Shown here piece after piece: positions 1 to 9,323 of a stretch of DNA of 32,000 bases. The stretch is from Haloquadratum walsbyi C23 (GTDB lineage: Archaea; Halobacteriota; Halobacteria; Halobacteriales; Haloferacaceae). Each line of letters starts with the position of its first letter. Positions within the stretch are counted from its first letter, which is position 1. Location: NCBI RefSeq assembly GCF_000237865.1, contig NC_017459.1, positions 90,001-122,000 on the forward strand, read 5' to 3'. The position numbers and the translations under genes were made by a program. The notes below the pieces were generated by a model that was not told the origin of the DNA, did no database searches, and saw only the letters and a program-made list of their open reading frames with translations.

Positions 1-88
1 GATACGTCAGTGCGCGGGAGCGCCGATAATATTGTTCTGCAACCGCAGCTGCCTCAGCGGGGGGATCAACAGACTGAGTCGTCGACAT
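1..88 (-). CDS. First 29 codons of an unidentified gene that runs off the left window edge
   Basis: ATG at 88 (minus strand) opens MSTTQSVDPPAEAAAVAEQYYRRSRALTY with no stop before position 1. Too short to assign a family. Confidence 0.3.
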   Translation of the reverse strand, partial: MSTTQSVDPPAEAAAVAEQYYRRSRALTY

Positions 89-459
89 AAAAATATATCC
101 TGGCTGGACGGTCAAGACTCTAGCGTGCTCTCTCTGGACATGAAAATACGGTATCGACGAACACATTTGTGAGACTGTGAGGGGTCGTCTGTTCACCGAT
201 TCAATTAGAGTGATGCTTGTCTGAACAGATACTACCATTGTCGATGATGGCTCGGTGAGACTATATCACTGTGAGAATCTGTGATATATCGGGGATTAAG
301 ATCGAGCAAAGAATAATTAGTTTCAAACAACTGTAATTATCAGGTACTCGATTGGTTTATGCTGATTTATCCTCTCCATGAAGTGGGCGAGGTATGGTTG
401 TGACTTTGACCCTCTCCCGACAACTTTTCACTCTCGATTAATGCTAATACATTACAGTC

Positions 460-2877
460 ATGCGATTATCTCCCATGCGCTCTGAATCTCAACAACAGAT
501 TCTGGTTCTTCATGTCGATGATGACCCCTCGGTCACAGACTTGACAGGAAGATTTCTCGAACGCGAGGATAACCGGTTCTCTGTTGAAACAGCAATCAGT
601 GCAACAGAGGGGCTGGAGCGAATAATTGAATGCTCTCAACCACCTGATTGTGTCGTTTCTGACTACGATATGCCTGAGATGGATGGGATCGACTTTTTAC
701 AGACTGTTCGGGAGGAATATCCTAACCTCCCATTTATTCTCTTCACCGGCAAAGGAAGTGAGGAAATCGCAAGTGATGCTATCTCCGCAGGAGTGACCGA
801 TTATCTCCAGAAACAACCTGGAACTGAGCAATACGAATTGCTGACTAATCGGATTCAGAATGCTGTCCAAACACAGCATCAGAGGCATCGAGCCGAGCGA
901 ACAGACGAGTTGATGCGTCTGACAGAGTTTGCTGGAGATACCGGCGGATTCGAAATCAACGTTGACACCGGTGAAGTCTTAATGACCGATGGCTGTCGAC
1001 GACTCGTCGGATTGGCTGACGACGCCACCCTCTCGCTAAAAGAAGCCATCAAACTCTATCATCCAGACGATCAACCAGAGGTACGGCAGGCTGTCAACCG
1101 GGCAGCCGATACAGGCGAGCAGACACAAGGGAGTTGGCGTCTTCAAGCGCTGGACAACATTGACCGCATCGTGGATGTGACACTTACGCCAGCGATACCG
1201 AGCCAAATTAGCCCTCATCCCAGCCACAGCATGAGCGAGGGGAAGACTGAGGATGAGACTGAGACTGACATCACTATACTTAGAGGTGCTATCCACGATG
1301 TGACTGACAGTCATCAGCGTGAACAGCAGCTTACCGAGCTCAACCGAGTCTCAAAGGACCTCCTCACAGCAGAGACCCAACAGGAGGTGGTCGATATCGG
1401 TGTTACCGCTGCCCGGGATGTTTTAGACTTTCAGGCAAATGCGCTTCATCTATCTGTATCTGAAACGGGGGATACACAGCTAGTGCCTGTAGCGCAGACC
1501 GACGAGCTCATGTCACTCCTTGATGAGGTCCCCACTCTTTCTGTAAGCGAAAGTATTGCTGGACGTGCCTATCAACGTGGAGAACCAGATATTATTGAAG
1601 ACGCGCGTCAGCACCCAAACGCTCATAATCCAACGACTAATCTCAGAGGGCATGTTTACTTTCCCCTCGCTGAACACGGCATCTTAATTGCTGGGTCCAC
1701 AGAGAAGGCATCATTCGATGATCAAGATCTTGCTGTCGGCGAACTGCTTGCAGGGGCTCTTGTAGCAGCGCTTGATCGCCTCGACCGTGAGCAGACCGCT
1801 CGACGACGGGCAAAGGAATTATCGCTCTTTTTTGAAGAATCACCGCTGGGGGCTGTCCAATGGGATGACAAGTGCCAATTTAAACGCGTGAATAGGCAAG
1901 CTGAGGAGATTCTCGGGTACAGCGAATCAGAATTACGTGGGGAATCGTGGGAACTCATTGTCGCTGACACCGATCTTGAGCGAGTGGGGAACGCTGTTGA
2001 CAGCTTTCTTAATGCTGATGGTGGAAGCCACATCATTAACAGTAACGTCACAAAAGCTGGTGAAACCCTGACTTGCGAGTGGCACAATCGTGTTGTCACC
2101 GATGCTGACGGAACTGTTCAGTCGGTTTTTTCAAGTTTTGAGGATATCTCAGCTCGAAAGCAACGCAGGACCGAATTGCAAGAATACAAACAGGAGCTGG
2201 AAGCACAAAATGAGCGTTTAGCGGAGTTTACTGGCATCGTCTCTCATGACCTACGCAATCCACTTGCTGTAGCTGAGGGTCATCTTGAATTGGCAATGAC
2301 TCAAACCCAGGATGTTGGTAATAATTATACTGACGGTGACGCTAACGGCAATCATATTATCAAGGCGAGGCACGCAATCGAGCGATGTCAGAGACTAATT
2401 GAAGATCTACTGACGCTGGCGCGAGATGGCGATCGGGTGGATGATATCGAACCTATCAGATTCGATACAATGATTGAGGAATGTTGGGAGACTGTAGAAA
2501 CGACAACGGCAACACTCACTATTGCGGATCAACGCTCACATTCGGACTTATATATTAAAGCTGATAAGAGTCGGCTCAAGCAACTACTTGAAAACCTCTA
2601 TCGAAATGCTGTTGAACATGGCGGTGATCAAGTAATAGTCTCTGCCGGGATCATGAGTGATGGCTTCTATGTATCGGATACGGGTCCTGGAGTCCCTAAA
2701 TCTGCTCGCGAAAAGATATTCAACGCGGGATACTCGACTGCTGAGAACGGCACCGGGTTTGGTTTGCGGATCGTCAAGCAAGTCGCTGACGCCCATGGAT
2801 GGGAGATTGATGTGACCAATGATACCGAGCAGGGCGGCGCACGATTCGAATTCACTGGTGTCCAATTTGTGGATTAA
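460..2877 (+). CDS. Hybrid sensor histidine kinase (N-terminal receiver, PAS, GAF, PAS, HisKA, HATPase_c)
   Basis: 805-aa ORF. The REC signature is LVLHVDDDP...VVSDYDMPEMDG...ILFTGKG. The H-box is FTGIVSHDLRNPL. The N/G boxes are LYRNAVEHGG, DTGPGVP and GTGFGLRIV. PAS/GAF-length segments lie between the receiver and the kinase core. Confidence 0.93.
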   Translation: MRLSPMRSESQQQILVLHVDDDPSVTDLTGRFLEREDNRFSVETAISATEGLERIIECSQPPDCVVSDYDMPEMDGIDFLQTVREEYPNLPFILFTGKGSEEIASDAISAGVTDYLQKQPGTEQYELLTNRIQNAVQTQHQRHRAERTDELMRLTEFAGDTGGFEINVDTGEVLMTDGCRRLVGLADDATLSLKEAIKLYHPDDQPEVRQAVNRAADTGEQTQGSWRLQALDNIDRIVDVTLTPAIPSQISPHPSHSMSEGKTEDETETDITILRGAIHDVTDSHQREQQLTELNRVSKDLLTAETQQEVVDIGVTAARDVLDFQANALHLSVSETGDTQLVPVAQTDELMSLLDEVPTLSVSESIAGRAYQRGEPDIIEDARQHPNAHNPTTNLRGHVYFPLAEHGILIAGSTEKASFDDQDLAVGELLAGALVAALDRLDREQTARRRAKELSLFFEESPLGAVQWDDKCQFKRVNRQAEEILGYSESELRGESWELIVADTDLERVGNAVDSFLNADGGSHIINSNVTKAGETLTCEWHNRVVTDADGTVQSVFSSFEDISARKQRRTELQEYKQELEAQNERLAEFTGIVSHDLRNPLAVAEGHLELAMTQTQDVGNNYTDGDANGNHIIKARHAIERCQRLIEDLLTLARDGDRVDDIEPIRFDTMIEECWETVETTTATLTIADQRSHSDLYIKADKSRLKQLLENLYRNAVEHGGDQVIVSAGIMSDGFYVSDTGPGVPKSAREKIFNAGYSTAENGTGFGLRIVKQVADAHGWEIDVTNDTEQGGARFEFTGVQFVD

Positions 2878-3062
2878 TCAATATACAAGCAGTAATAAGA
2901 CGACTGCCCTGGGGTTGGATGTGACCTGAAGTAGGACAATACGATAGACGGTTTATGTCGGGTTAATTGTCAAATCTCTTGGGGTCGAGTCTCGGGACAC
3001 TCATCATATTTTGTCTATAGAAATGTATTATGGCTTGAGGATCCAATACTATGCTCATGATA

Positions 3063-4199
3063 TCATACCCCCGAAGGGTCAAACTCAGGGTCCCATTTGA
3101 ATCGCCCGTTCCGCTGGATAATTTCATCATCAATTTCAATCTGTGCACCAGAGCCAATGTCAGTAATCAAATCAACATGAACGGCTGACTCATTTCCGGA
3201 TTCATTTGCTGGAAGACAGGCATCATATGCACGCCCGACCGCGAAATGGACTGTGTCGCCCATCTTCTCATCAAATAATATTTTATTTGTTATTTGATCG
3301 ATTCCACGATTCATCCCGATTCCGACTTCACCAAGTTGTCGGGCGCCCGGATCGGTGTTCAGAATCTGAGCAAGCGTCTCCACCCCTGCTGTGGCATCAT
3401 AATCAACAACAGTCCCATCCTCAAACGTCAATTCTGCATCACGGATCCGCGTATCACGTATCACCATCGGCACATCAAACTGAACAGTTCCCGAAACAGT
3501 TGTCTCGACAGGTGCGGTGAACACTTCTCCGGATGGAAGATTATGTGAATCATATGCAACGGATGCTGCTGAATTCACTGCTGTTCGATGTTCGATTGAC
3601 ATTGTTAAATCAGTCTCGCCATTATCACTCACAACTCGCAGTTCACTGCCATCATCAAGACAGCGTTTGAGACGTTCCATCTCCTCAGCTAATGTTTCCC
3701 AGTCACGAAGGATTGCGTCATAGACAAAGTCTTGATATTGTGTATATGACATTCCTGCTTGCTGAGCCAATGCCCGTGTTGGATGTACTGTTGAGACCCA
3801 GTCGGTTGACATTCGCGCCTCTCGAATCTGTTTGTTTGCTTGTGCGGCTGCTTGTTTTGTGTCACCACTCACATCGGCTGTTGCGGTCGTATTGCGGTCG
3901 CCACCAAGGATTAACACACTATCAGCAGCATCATACAATGCGCGTTCATGCGCTGGTGCTGGCTCGAAGTCTGTCTCATGTCCACGAAGGTATGCACGGG
4001 AGACCTCCGCTGAATTGTATGTCATCACGAGACTCGCACCTCGCTCACCGAGCACGTCAGCAACGGCAACCGCGAGATCGTGTGCACCCTCAGCCACGTT
4101 GACGACAACATTGTCACCAGCGGTAATGCGTGCACTCCAGTCGACAAGCACCGACGCATGCTGGTGAATCCGATCGTCCATGTTGAATTGGTTATGCAT
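3063..4199 (-). CDS. Aminopeptidase, M29 (AmpS/PepS, thermophilic metalloprotease) family
   Basis: 378-aa ORF, colinear by eye with the M29 aminopeptidase layout. N-terminus is HASVLVDWSARITAGDNVVVN; C-terminal region has GEVGIGMN...DEKMGDTVHFAVG.... Confidence 0.85.
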   Translation of the reverse strand: MHNQFNMDDRIHQHASVLVDWSARITAGDNVVVNVAEGAHDLAVAVADVLGERGASLVMTYNSAEVSRAYLRGHETDFEPAPAHERALYDAADSVLILGGDRNTTATADVSGDTKQAAAQANKQIREARMSTDWVSTVHPTRALAQQAGMSYTQYQDFVYDAILRDWETLAEEMERLKRCLDDGSELRVVSDNGETDLTMSIEHRTAVNSAASVAYDSHNLPSGEVFTAPVETTVSGTVQFDVPMVIRDTRIRDAELTFEDGTVVDYDATAGVETLAQILNTDPGARQLGEVGIGMNRGIDQITNKILFDEKMGDTVHFAVGRAYDACLPANESGNESAVHVDLITDIGSGAQIEIDDEIIQRNGRFKWDPEFDPSGV

Positions 4200-4462
4200 C
4201 GTGAATCAAAATACCGACGGTCATTATCTGATACAGACCGATAGCGCATACCTCCGTCTTCAGGCGAGGAGGTCAAAACTCCTCAGAGAGGTGCACTCGT
4301 TCAGTGCTGGATTCTGACCCCTGAGGAACTCGGGGCTCTATATCATATCAGTTCGTCTATAAATTCATACTATCGCTTATCCCCCGAATCACAGCAACAA
4401 TCATGAATATAACTACAACTATAATCACAACCACTACTTAATCCGGGAATCGAATCGACAGT

Positions 4463-5383
4463 ATGCAACTTGGTGTCGTCGGACTTGGGCGGATGGGACA
4501 GATTGTGGTTGATAGATTAGTCACTGCAGGACACGATATTGTTGCGTTTGATCTTGATGCGGAAGCTGTGGCAACAGCTGCTGATATCGGTGCCACGCCA
4601 GCCGATAGTCTTGATACACTGCTTGACACCCTTGGGGAGACAAAACGACTCTGGCTAATGGTTCCTGCCGGTGAGGCTGTCGACGCAACACTCACACAAT
4701 TGGAGCCATCATTGACAGAAACAGATATTATTGTTGATGGTGGAAACTCACATTTTGAGGCGTCAATTCGACGTGCAGAGACGAGTGATGCAACGTATCT
4801 TGACTGTGGGACCTCCGGTGGTCCTGCAGGCGCTGAACTTGGATTCTCATTGATGATTGGGGGTCAACAGTGGGCATATGATGAGTTGATACCAGTATTT
4901 GATGCTATCGCCACCGGACCTGACGGTCATGATAGAATGGGCCCTGTTGGTTCAGGTCACTATGTAAAAATGGTTCACAATGGTGTTGAGTACGCGCTGA
5001 TGCAGACATATGGCGAGGGATTTGAGCTTCTTGCAAATGGGCGGTATGATCTTGATCTTGCGGCTGTTGCACGCACATGGAACAACGGCGCTGTGATTCG
5101 ATCATGGCTACTTGAACTCTGTGAAGAGGCATTTCGCGCTGAGGGTGTTGACCTCGGTAATGTTGCCGATTATATTGCTGGTGGGTCAACGGGAACATGG
5201 ACAGTGCAAGAAGCACTTGAACAGGAAGTACCCGTTCCACTCATTTATCAAGCGCTAGCTGAGCGATTTGGGAGTCGCGCGACCGGGGCAACAGGTGATC
5301 CCGATGGACGTTTTTCACGCCGTGTGGCGAATCGTCTCCGATATGGATTTGGTCGTCACGATGTTGCCCGCCGTGACGAATAA
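4463..5383 (+). CDS. gndA: 6-phosphogluconate dehydrogenase (decarboxylating), short ~300-aa Gnd-like form
   Basis: N-terminal Rossmann motif VVGLGRMGQ. Typical GGNSHF, DCGTSGG and HYVKMVHNGVEYALMQ motifs are present. The size matches the haloarchaeal NAD-dependent GndA type. Confidence 0.9.
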   Translation: MQLGVVGLGRMGQIVVDRLVTAGHDIVAFDLDAEAVATAADIGATPADSLDTLLDTLGETKRLWLMVPAGEAVDATLTQLEPSLTETDIIVDGGNSHFEASIRRAETSDATYLDCGTSGGPAGAELGFSLMIGGQQWAYDELIPVFDAIATGPDGHDRMGPVGSGHYVKMVHNGVEYALMQTYGEGFELLANGRYDLDLAAVARTWNNGAVIRSWLLELCEEAFRAEGVDLGNVADYIAGGSTGTWTVQEALEQEVPVPLIYQALAERFGSRATGATGDPDGRFSRRVANRLRYGFGRHDVARRDE

Positions 5384-5421
5384 TCACAATTTCCTTAACT
5401 CCTGGCTTCATACGCGGTCGC

Positions 5422-6012
5422 ATGGTCGATATTAATTTCCTCGGAGTGGGTATTGGAGCGACCCTTACCCTCCTTGCGGTGTCGCTTCATTACGCTCGCG
5501 GCACCGGATGGACACCGACCGCAGACATTTCTCAGGAGGTGCTTGAAAAGCGCGCAAGCACTGTCCCAGAGACAGAATTCCCTGAGCCAATGAATCGGTC
5601 AATTGGTGGGGGGGCAATTCCCGCTGGATCGGTCACCGGTGGAGGCGGCGAACTTGAAGAGACCGACACAGAAGTCGATGAGAGCGAGCAAGTTCCAGGT
5701 GATATCCCTGATGAGGAGGCCGAGTACTTTGAAGTTGAGTTTGAAAAACAGGGATCAACAATTGAAGTGGCGAGTAATCAGACGGTTCTTACAGCTGGCG
5801 AAAATGAAAGCTGGGACCTACCTTACGCCTGCCGACAGGGACAATGTGTCTCTTGTGCTGGTCAAATTACCTCTGATGGGAACGCTGAGGACTATGTGGA
5901 ACATGATAACCAGCAAATGCTTGATGATACAGAACTCGAGGACGGATATACACTGACTTGTGTTGCATACCCGAAAGACGACTTTACGATTGAGACTGGC
6001 GAAGCCCCCTGA
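5422..6012 (+). CDS. Plant-type 2Fe-2S ferredoxin with N-terminal hydrophobic anchor and acidic linker
   Basis: C-terminal domain has CRQGQCVSCAG...LTCVAYP (Cx4Cx2C...C cluster ligands). The N-terminus VDINFLGVGIGATLTLLAVSLHYA is a transmembrane-like helix. Confidence 0.9.
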   Translation: MVDINFLGVGIGATLTLLAVSLHYARGTGWTPTADISQEVLEKRASTVPETEFPEPMNRSIGGGAIPAGSVTGGGGELEETDTEVDESEQVPGDIPDEEAEYFEVEFEKQGSTIEVASNQTVLTAGENESWDLPYACRQGQCVSCAGQITSDGNAEDYVEHDNQQMLDDTELEDGYTLTCVAYPKDDFTIETGEAP

Positions 6013-6287
6013 TTCACGATTTATACCCTGCCATTATTACACCTGCCCGATCCTGACTCTGATCCTGATCTTCAATCTTTGATTATTTCATCTGCCGGAT
6101 AATCCCTATATATCAATAATTCGAATCTAAACGGTCTGAGTCCATCAATTGGGTTATGTCTCAATTATATGAATACCGAGAAACCTGATCTGGTTTCTAA
6201 CAGCCTGGATATATTGTGAGATTAGACTGGAATCAAGAGGCGACGAATCGAAACGTGTAAAACCAAATCTACGCTAGCGATATATGC

Positions 6288-6359
6288 GCCTGGGTAGCTT
6301 AGCGGTAAAGCGCGTCCTTGGTAAGGACGAGAGCGCGGGTTCAAATCCCGCCTCAGGCT
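6288..6359 (+). tRNA. tRNA-Thr (anticodon GGU), no encoded CCA
   Basis: Hand-folded cloverleaf. The acceptor GCCTGGG pairs with CTCAGGC (one G-U pair). The D stem is GCTT/AAGC. The anticodon stem is CGTCC/GGACG with loop TTGGTAA. The variable loop is 5 nt. The T arm is GCGGG-TTCAAAT-CCCGC, and the discriminator is T. Confidence 0.9.
6314..6359 (+). repeat. attL-like core: 3' 46 nt of tRNA-Thr, repeated at 13059-13104
   Basis: GTCCTTGGTAAGGACGAGAG[C/T]GCGGGTTCAAATCCCGCCTCAGGCT occurs at both sites with 45/46 identity. Confidence 0.85.
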
Positions 6360-6522
6360 TTCTCCCCCTTCTCTGTCCTGTAGTTACCGGGCTCTTCGTC
6401 GGTGAAAGAAAGATGACGACGCAAGGACGAGTTCCCGGTGTTATTTTCGTGACCCCGACGCAGTAATGCGTTTTCGAGGAAAAACAAGCATATTACATTA
6501 TACATAGGATCAATATCACCGA

Positions 6523-6888
6523 TTAGAGCTCATCGGCATACTTTCGGCTGGTCAAAACAGCGTACCCGCTGATCATAAGAATGATTATAGTGTATCCGGT
6601 CCAGTAACTCACCTCAGCACCTGGACTGATGATCAACATCGGGTATGTCAGACCAGCGAGTACAGTTATGACGGCGACGACAAGTACTGATCTTCCGACT
6701 ACTCGTGAGAGTTCCTCCGCGTCGGCGGGCTCACCGGCCCGATACCCGGCAATCAGATGAACGTCGCCACGATATCGGATCCGGTAGCCAAGCCAACCGG
6801 TGAAGACTCCTGACAGCATCATCACTACTGTCACGACCGCGGTGTTCGTACTGATTTCAGCAATCATACTGCCCTGTTCAAACATCAT
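6523..6888 (-). CDS. Small multi-pass membrane protein (DUF3784-like, LIAGY motif)
   Basis: The ORF was trimmed to the MM start at 6888, 6 nt after the stop of the upstream HTH gene. It has hydrophobic helices and an HLIAGYRAGEP loop. Confidence 0.65.
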   Translation of the reverse strand: MMFEQGSMIAEISTNTAVVTVVMMLSGVFTGWLGYRIRYRGDVHLIAGYRAGEPADAEELSRVVGRSVLVVAVITVLAGLTYPMLIISPGAEVSYWTGYTIIILMISGYAVLTSRKYADEL

Positions 6889-6893
6889 ATAAT

Positions 6894-7118
6894 CTATTCC
6901 ACTTCGCTGATGGTCTTCTTTAATCCTACGTCTGGATGAAAAAGATCTCCGACCGAACACTCAAAGAATGCCGCCAACTTGAATACCAGTTCGACGGACG
7001 GGTCGTAACGGTCGCGCTCAATAGCATTGATCGTCTGCCGAGTCACCTCAACATAGTTAGCCAGCTCCTGCTGACTAATATCAAAATCACTCCGATACTC
7101 ATCAAGAGAATTTTTCAT
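6894..7118 (-). CDS. XRE/Cro-C1 family helix-turn-helix transcriptional regulator (74 aa)
   Basis: The HTH is ISQQELANYVEVTRQTINAIERDRYDPSVELVFKLAAFFECSVGDLF. The gene overlaps the stop of the upstream membrane gene by 17 nt. Confidence 0.9.
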   Translation of the reverse strand: MKNSLDEYRSDFDISQQELANYVEVTRQTINAIERDRYDPSVELVFKLAAFFECSVGDLFHPDVGLKKTISEVE

Positions 7119-7509
7119 CTCCTATCACCTCCAACGCGCAAACGCGAAGAAAAATGCCGTATGTCAAATACAGCCCAGCCACAAACAACGCGACACCCAC
7201 GAGCCAGGGCTGCCATTCAAACAACCCTACTCCCCACGCTGCTGTCAACACTGGGAAAACACCCGCCGAACCCAAACCCAACAACATAAGCGTCCACTTG
7301 GCAGCATCTCTGGAGATTGCCTCATCACGCTCATCAAACACCGGTTTCTCAGCCCGGTACCGAGCACCAACAACCCCTGAAACAGCGACAACATAGGCTC
7401 CGACCCCGATCAACGGCTGTTCGAACACCGTAAACCCGGCAAGGAGAACCCCACCAGCGACTACTAAGACAGCTATCGCTCGTCGGATTTGAGAGGGTTT
7501 TTCAAGCAA
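7102..7509 (-). CDS. Membrane protein, DUF2178-like, paralogue of 7502-7912
   Basis: The track ORF 7102-7632 overlaps its neighbour. The likely TTG start at 7509 overlaps the upstream stop. It shares QPLIGVGAYVVAVSG / QPLIGVAFYTVAVTG and the overall layout with its paralogue. The start codon is uncertain. Confidence 0.65.
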   Translation of the reverse strand: MLEKPSQIRRAIAVLVVAGGVLLAGFTVFEQPLIGVGAYVVAVSGVVGARYRAEKPVFDERDEAISRDAAKWTLMLLGLGSAGVFPVLTAAWGVGLFEWQPWLVGVALFVAGLYLTYGIFLRVCALEVIGDEKFS

Positions 7510-7912
7510 TTGAATCCTCTCCCTCGTTGTACAGATCCAATAACGAGAAGCCGCCAAATATGACGTAGAGACTAGCCACAGCGAACCCGATACCTGCCGT
7601 GAGACCTGACCAGTTGAAATATCCAAGTCCATCGGCAGCCACGAGTATAGGGAACCCTATAGCAGAAGCCATTCCAACTGCCCACAGAGTCTTGTCGCCC
7701 GGAGAAGCTGCTCTAAATTCCTCAATCTTGGATTTCTCTCCTCCGGTTTTACGCCAGAGCAAAACTGCCCCGGTCACAGCCACAGTATAAAACGCAACGC
7801 CAATGAGAGGTTGAGAGGCCGAGAAAACGCCCAAAGCGGTCGCTCCAATACCGAATAAGACTCCTGATCCAGCCTTTTTGACTCCTTCATCTGTCTGTTG
7901 TGCGGTCATCAT
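7502..7912 (-). CDS. Membrane protein, DUF2178-like, paralogue of 7102-7509
   Basis: Trimmed to MMTAQQTDEG at 7912, because the upstream extension MRRLVSYGWCRWRR is implausible for a halophile. It has four hydrophobic segments and an AT-rich promoter-like region directly upstream. Confidence 0.7.
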   Translation of the reverse strand: MMTAQQTDEGVKKAGSGVLFGIGATALGVFSASQPLIGVAFYTVAVTGAVLLWRKTGGEKSKIEEFRAASPGDKTLWAVGMASAIGFPILVAADGLGYFNWSGLTAGIGFAVASLYVIFGGFSLLDLYNEGEDSIA

Positions 7913-8064
7913 TGTGTGTTTTGTAAAACAAGTTTGTCGTAAATAACTTTTTACATATTTCGGAATAATTATACACAACAGAACCCTCCTCCAACGACAC
8001 CATCCATATGAAACGAGCCGCCTCAAACACGCGGTAAAAACACAGCTCCAAAATCATCGTCTCC

Positions 8065-8460
8065 GTGAGCCTCGTACAGAACACCAAAGCACTCCAACCA
8101 GAATACGTACCCTCAAAACTCGAACACCTCGGAGACCAGCGCAAAGAGGTAGAAGCTGAACTCCAAGGCACCCTACTGCCAAACTTACTTCGCCACGGAC
8201 CCCGTGGCACCAGTAAAGCCGCTCTTGTACACAAGATACTCATCGAACTTGACGCCGTAGAAATCCACTACATCCCCTGCAACCAGTACAACACCCAGTA
8301 CAAAGTACTCCAACAACTCCAAGCCAGCATCACCGGCAACAAAACACAGAGCGGATACCACACCTCCCGCCTCCAACGAGAAATCAAAGAACAAATCCAA
8401 CACACCCAGCACCTCGTAATCTCTCACAAACCGAGGACGTCAAACGATGGACCATTCTAA
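8065..8460 (+). pseudogene. orc1/cdc6 N-terminal fragment (degenerate Walker A, truncated before Walker B)
   Basis: LQPEYVPSKLEHLGDQRKEVEAEL...LLRHGPRGTSKAALVHKILIEL...IHYIPCNQYNTQYKVLQQL follows the Orc1/Cdc6 N-terminal pattern (L..yvP..l.hRe.E, GppGtGKT, yvNC). The P-loop is corrupted and no AAA+ core follows. Confidence 0.7.
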
Positions 8461-8545
8461 ACACTCGCTTCCTACTTATTTTCTAGATCTGCGGTCAGTC
8501 AAGTTCTCTAATAAAAATCAATCCCCCAACAGTTTCTATAGCAGA

Positions 8546-9016
8546 ATGAGCATTAAGCAGGTGCTTGAAAAGTACGGGCTTTCCCGTGAAATAGCAGCCA
8601 GGTACATAGACGCGATCACTCGGAGCAACCAGACACAGACCGCAGAAGAGCTCGATGTCTCGCGCGACACTGTAAACCGGTATAAGAACGCTTTCCAGGA
8701 GATGAACGCGCAGGAACGCCTGCTCCTCATCTCCACCCAACCCAGGAAAAACTCCTTGACCAAGCCGCAGAGTGATCCATCTATCGCGCAGGCATACCAG
8801 AAAGGTGACCGAGTCAAACTCATACTCGACAAAGAACTTGGACCCGACAAACACCTTCACGGCAAAACCGGAGAAATCATCGACGTAAGCTTCGATGACG
8901 CCGCCTCAGTAACCGGAGACAGCGAAGACAACTTCATATACACCGTCAAACTCGACAACGGCGAAATACCTGACCTACATTTCAGACGACACGATCTCAA
9001 GAGAATAGACAGTTAA
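8546..9016 (+). CDS. HTH-domain protein with C-terminal KOW/SH3-like barrel (156 aa), function unknown
   Basis: Start taken at MSIKQ. The HTH is QTQTAEELDVSRDTVNRYKNAF. The C-terminus KGDRVKLILDK...HGKTGEIIDV...YTVKLDNGE resembles a KOW-type motif. Confidence 0.65.
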   Translation: MSIKQVLEKYGLSREIAARYIDAITRSNQTQTAEELDVSRDTVNRYKNAFQEMNAQERLLLISTQPRKNSLTKPQSDPSIAQAYQKGDRVKLILDKELGPDKHLHGKTGEIIDVSFDDAASVTGDSEDNFIYTVKLDNGEIPDLHFRRHDLKRIDS

Positions 9017-9323
9017 CGCCCGAGGGGACTAATCCTAATGAGAGTTGGACGTTATAACCCGTGTAAGGATGCCCCGTCATCACTCTGCTAATCTAGATCT
9101 GTATTCGATCTCTGAAGAGGTAGAGGACTTTCCAGCAGTTGAATCTACAGAGATGTGCGACAGTGGATTAGTGATCGAAACAGCGACCGAGGCCTTCTAC
9201 ATGTTTTACTCTGGCGGGCCTCACGGACAGAGAGAAAGGGATGCCGGGGTGATCTAACCAGGGGGGTCATCCCAGGGGAAGTCTTAGAAGCATTAGGAGA
9301 GATGTCTGATAGTTTAGGTCAAA

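Noticed and set aside
170-292. Repeated GTGAGA(C/A)T motifs and an 8-bp inverted repeat, TATATCAC-N11-GTGATATA (262-288), upstream of the histidine kinase.
   Set aside because: The arms are short and AT-rich, lie about 170 nt from the start codon and could arise by chance in an AT-rich spacer. There is no second line of evidence for an operator.
697-5423. Numerous 60-136-aa ORFs overlapping or antisense to the kinase, aminopeptidase and gndA genes.
   Set aside because: Each lies wholly inside a longer ORF with clear family signatures, and their translations are basic or low-complexity.
6284-6466. A 60-aa ORF spanning the tRNA-Thr gene.
   Set aside because: It reads straight through a well-folding tRNA. 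Only its last 17 codons (6413-6466) are of possible interest, and they are reported separately as the micro-ORF.
7502-8026. The long N-terminal extensions of the two membrane-protein ORFs as given in the track (7102-7632 and 7502-8026).
   Set aside because: The extensions overlap the neighbouring gene or encode basic, Cys/Trp-rich sequence. The paralogue alignment supports proteins of about 135 aa starting at 7509 and 7912.
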